Sequence record: OR757454.1
DNA from: Escherichia phage BYEP02
Reading direction: 5' to 3' (one strand)
Length of the DNA: 64,000 bases
Positions 62,636 to 64,000 of the stretch are shown in pieces. The notes below the pieces were generated by a model. That model was not told the origin of the DNA. It was given only the letters and a program-made list of their open reading frames with translations, and did no database searches. Position numbers and translations under genes: made by a program. Numbering within the stretch: the stretch's first letter is position 1; every line of letters starts with the position of its first letter.

Positions 62636-63259
62636 ATGATTATTAATCTTGCAGATGTTGAACAGTTATCTATAAAAGCTGAAAGCGTTGATTTTCAATA
62701 TGATATGTATAAAAAGGTCTGTGAAAAATTTACTGACTTTGAACAGTCAATTCTTTGGCAATGTATGGAAGCCAAAAAGAATGAAGCTCTTCATCGGCAG
62801 TTGAATAAAATCATTAAAAAGCATTTAACTAAATCGCCTTATCAGTTATATCGTGGTATATCAAAATCGACAAAAGAACTTATTAAAGATTTACAAGTTG
62901 GAGAAGTGTTTTCAACGAACAGGGTAGATTCATTTACTACTAGTTTACTCACAGCATGTTCTTTTTCTTATGCTGAATATTTTACTAAAATAATATTCCG
63001 CTTAAAAACTGATAAAGCTTTTAATTATTCTGACCATATCAGCGATATTATACTTTCTTCTCCTAATACTGAGTTCAAGTACACGTATGAAGATACTGAT
63101 GGGCTAGATTCAGAGCGTACTGATAACTTAATGATGATTGTGCGTGAACAAGAATGGATGATTCCAATTGGAAAGTATAGAATAACTTCTATTTCAAAAG
63201 AAAAATTACACGATTCATTTGGAACATTTAAAGTTTATGATATTGAGGTAGTTGAATGA
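62636..63259 (+). CDS. modB: ADP-ribosyltransferase ModB-like
   Basis: R-S-EXE type motifs: YRG, FTTS, EQEWMIP; ~207 aa; immediately before modA. Confidence 0.75.
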   Translation: MIINLADVEQLSIKAESVDFQYDMYKKVCEKFTDFEQSILWQCMEAKKNEALHRQLNKIIKKHLTKSPYQLYRGISKSTKELIKDLQVGEVFSTNRVDSFTTSLLTACSFSYAEYFTKIIFRLKTDKAFNYSDHISDIILSSPNTEFKYTYEDTDGLDSERTDNLMMIVREQEWMIPIGKYRITSISKEKLHDSFGTFKVYDIEVVE

Positions 63260-63858
63260 AATACTCAGTAATGCAACTAAAAGATTTTAAAATAAAATCA
63301 ATGGATACATCGGTGCGTGCTTCTATTCGTGAAGAATTACTTTCTGAAGGGTTTAATTTATCTGAAATTGAACTTTTAATTCATTGTATTACTAATAAGC
63401 CAGATGACCATACTTGGTTAAATGAAATAATCAAATCTCGTTTGGTTCCAAACGATAAACCTCTTTGGAGAGGTGTTCCAGCTGAGACTAAGCAGGTGTT
63501 AAATCAAGGAATTGATATTATTACATTTGATAAAGTCGTATCAGCTTCATATGATAAAAATATAGCTCTACATTTTGCTTCCGGTTTAGAGTATAACACG
63601 CAAGTTATTTTTGAATTCAAAGCTCCTATGGTATTTAATTTCCAGGAGTATGCTATAAAAGCTCTACGTTGTAAAGAATATAGTCCGAGTTTTAAGTTTC
63701 CGGATAGCCATCGTTATCGTAATATGGAATTAGTTTCAGATGAACAAGAAGTAATGATACCAGCTGGAAGTGTATTTAGAATTGCGGATAGATATGAGTA
63801 TAAAAAGCATTCAACATACACTATCTATACTCTTGACTTTGAAGGATTTAATCTATAA
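63256..63858 (+). CDS. modA: ADP-ribosyltransferase ModA-like
   Basis: WRG, SAS, EQEVMIP motifs; 200 aa. Confidence 0.75.
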   Translation: MKYSVMQLKDFKIKSMDTSVRASIREELLSEGFNLSEIELLIHCITNKPDDHTWLNEIIKSRLVPNDKPLWRGVPAETKQVLNQGIDIITFDKVVSASYDKNIALHFASGLEYNTQVIFEFKAPMVFNFQEYAIKALRCKEYSPSFKFPDSHRYRNMELVSDEQEVMIPAGSVFRIADRYEYKKHSTYTIYTLDFEGFNL

Positions 63859-63914
63859 TGGAAGGACTTAGATTCATTATACCATGAAAGTTTTAAAGCA
63901 TTTTTCATAAAGTT

Positions 63915-63946
63915 GTTTACAATCTGAAGTAAAAATGTTATAGTAT
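63915..63946 (+). promoter_or_regulatory. T4 early-type promoter (GTTTAC, TATAGT-like -10)
   Basis: Consensus -35; -10 position approximate. Confidence 0.45.
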
Positions 63947-63973
63947 AAGTAGTTAACCGTCCGTGAGAAAAAT

Positions 63974-64000
63974 ATGAAACTGTCTAAAAATCAAATTCGT
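63974..64000 (+). CDS. start of a gene running off the window (MKLSKNQIR...)
   Basis: ATG with GAGAAAAAT RBS downstream of early promoter. Confidence 0.3.

Overview
The window is a 64 kb stretch of a T-even (T4-like, Tequatrovirus-type) myovirus genome. Almost every gene is on the + strand. Recognised T4 homologues appear in T4 transcriptional order: a tRNA cluster, nudE, lysozyme e, denV, regB, tk, rI, a long block of small and unknown ORFs, nrdC, pin, endonuclease VII (49), nrdD/nrdG/nrdH, gp55, alpha-gt, 47/46, rpbA, 45/44/62, regA, DNA polymerase 43, imm, 42, uvsX, 40, helicase 41, dmd, spackle, primase 61, dam, dCTPase 56, soc and modB/modA. Where T4 has beta-gt there is a different ~280 aa ORF, and the tRNA set has extra Tyr, Asn and His genes and no Gln; both suggest a T4 relative rather than T4 itself. 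Many T4-type early promoters (GTTTAC -35, TAnnAT -10), TATAAATA late promoters and UUCG-tetraloop terminators are visible. The dominant anomaly is about 30 tandem direct duplications of exactly 77 bp (0-9 mismatches between copies). Most fall inside genes and frameshift them, including essential ones (43, 41, 44, 46, 42, nrdD, 49), so the sequence as written cannot be a viable phage; I read these as assembly or construction artefacts, not biology. Two 81 bp tandem repeats (one in-frame, one carrying terminator hairpins) look natural. Candidates worth follow-up are a PD-(D/E)xK-like ORF translationally coupled to dam with a divergent small membrane gene, a nucleotidyltransferase-fold ORF, a macro-domain-like ORF, a GrcA-like glycyl-radical cofactor, four tandem ~320-350 aa ORFs with C-terminal coiled coils, and several capsid-targeting-sequence proteins. 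All protein and family names are from reading the translations and from memory of T4; no searches were run.
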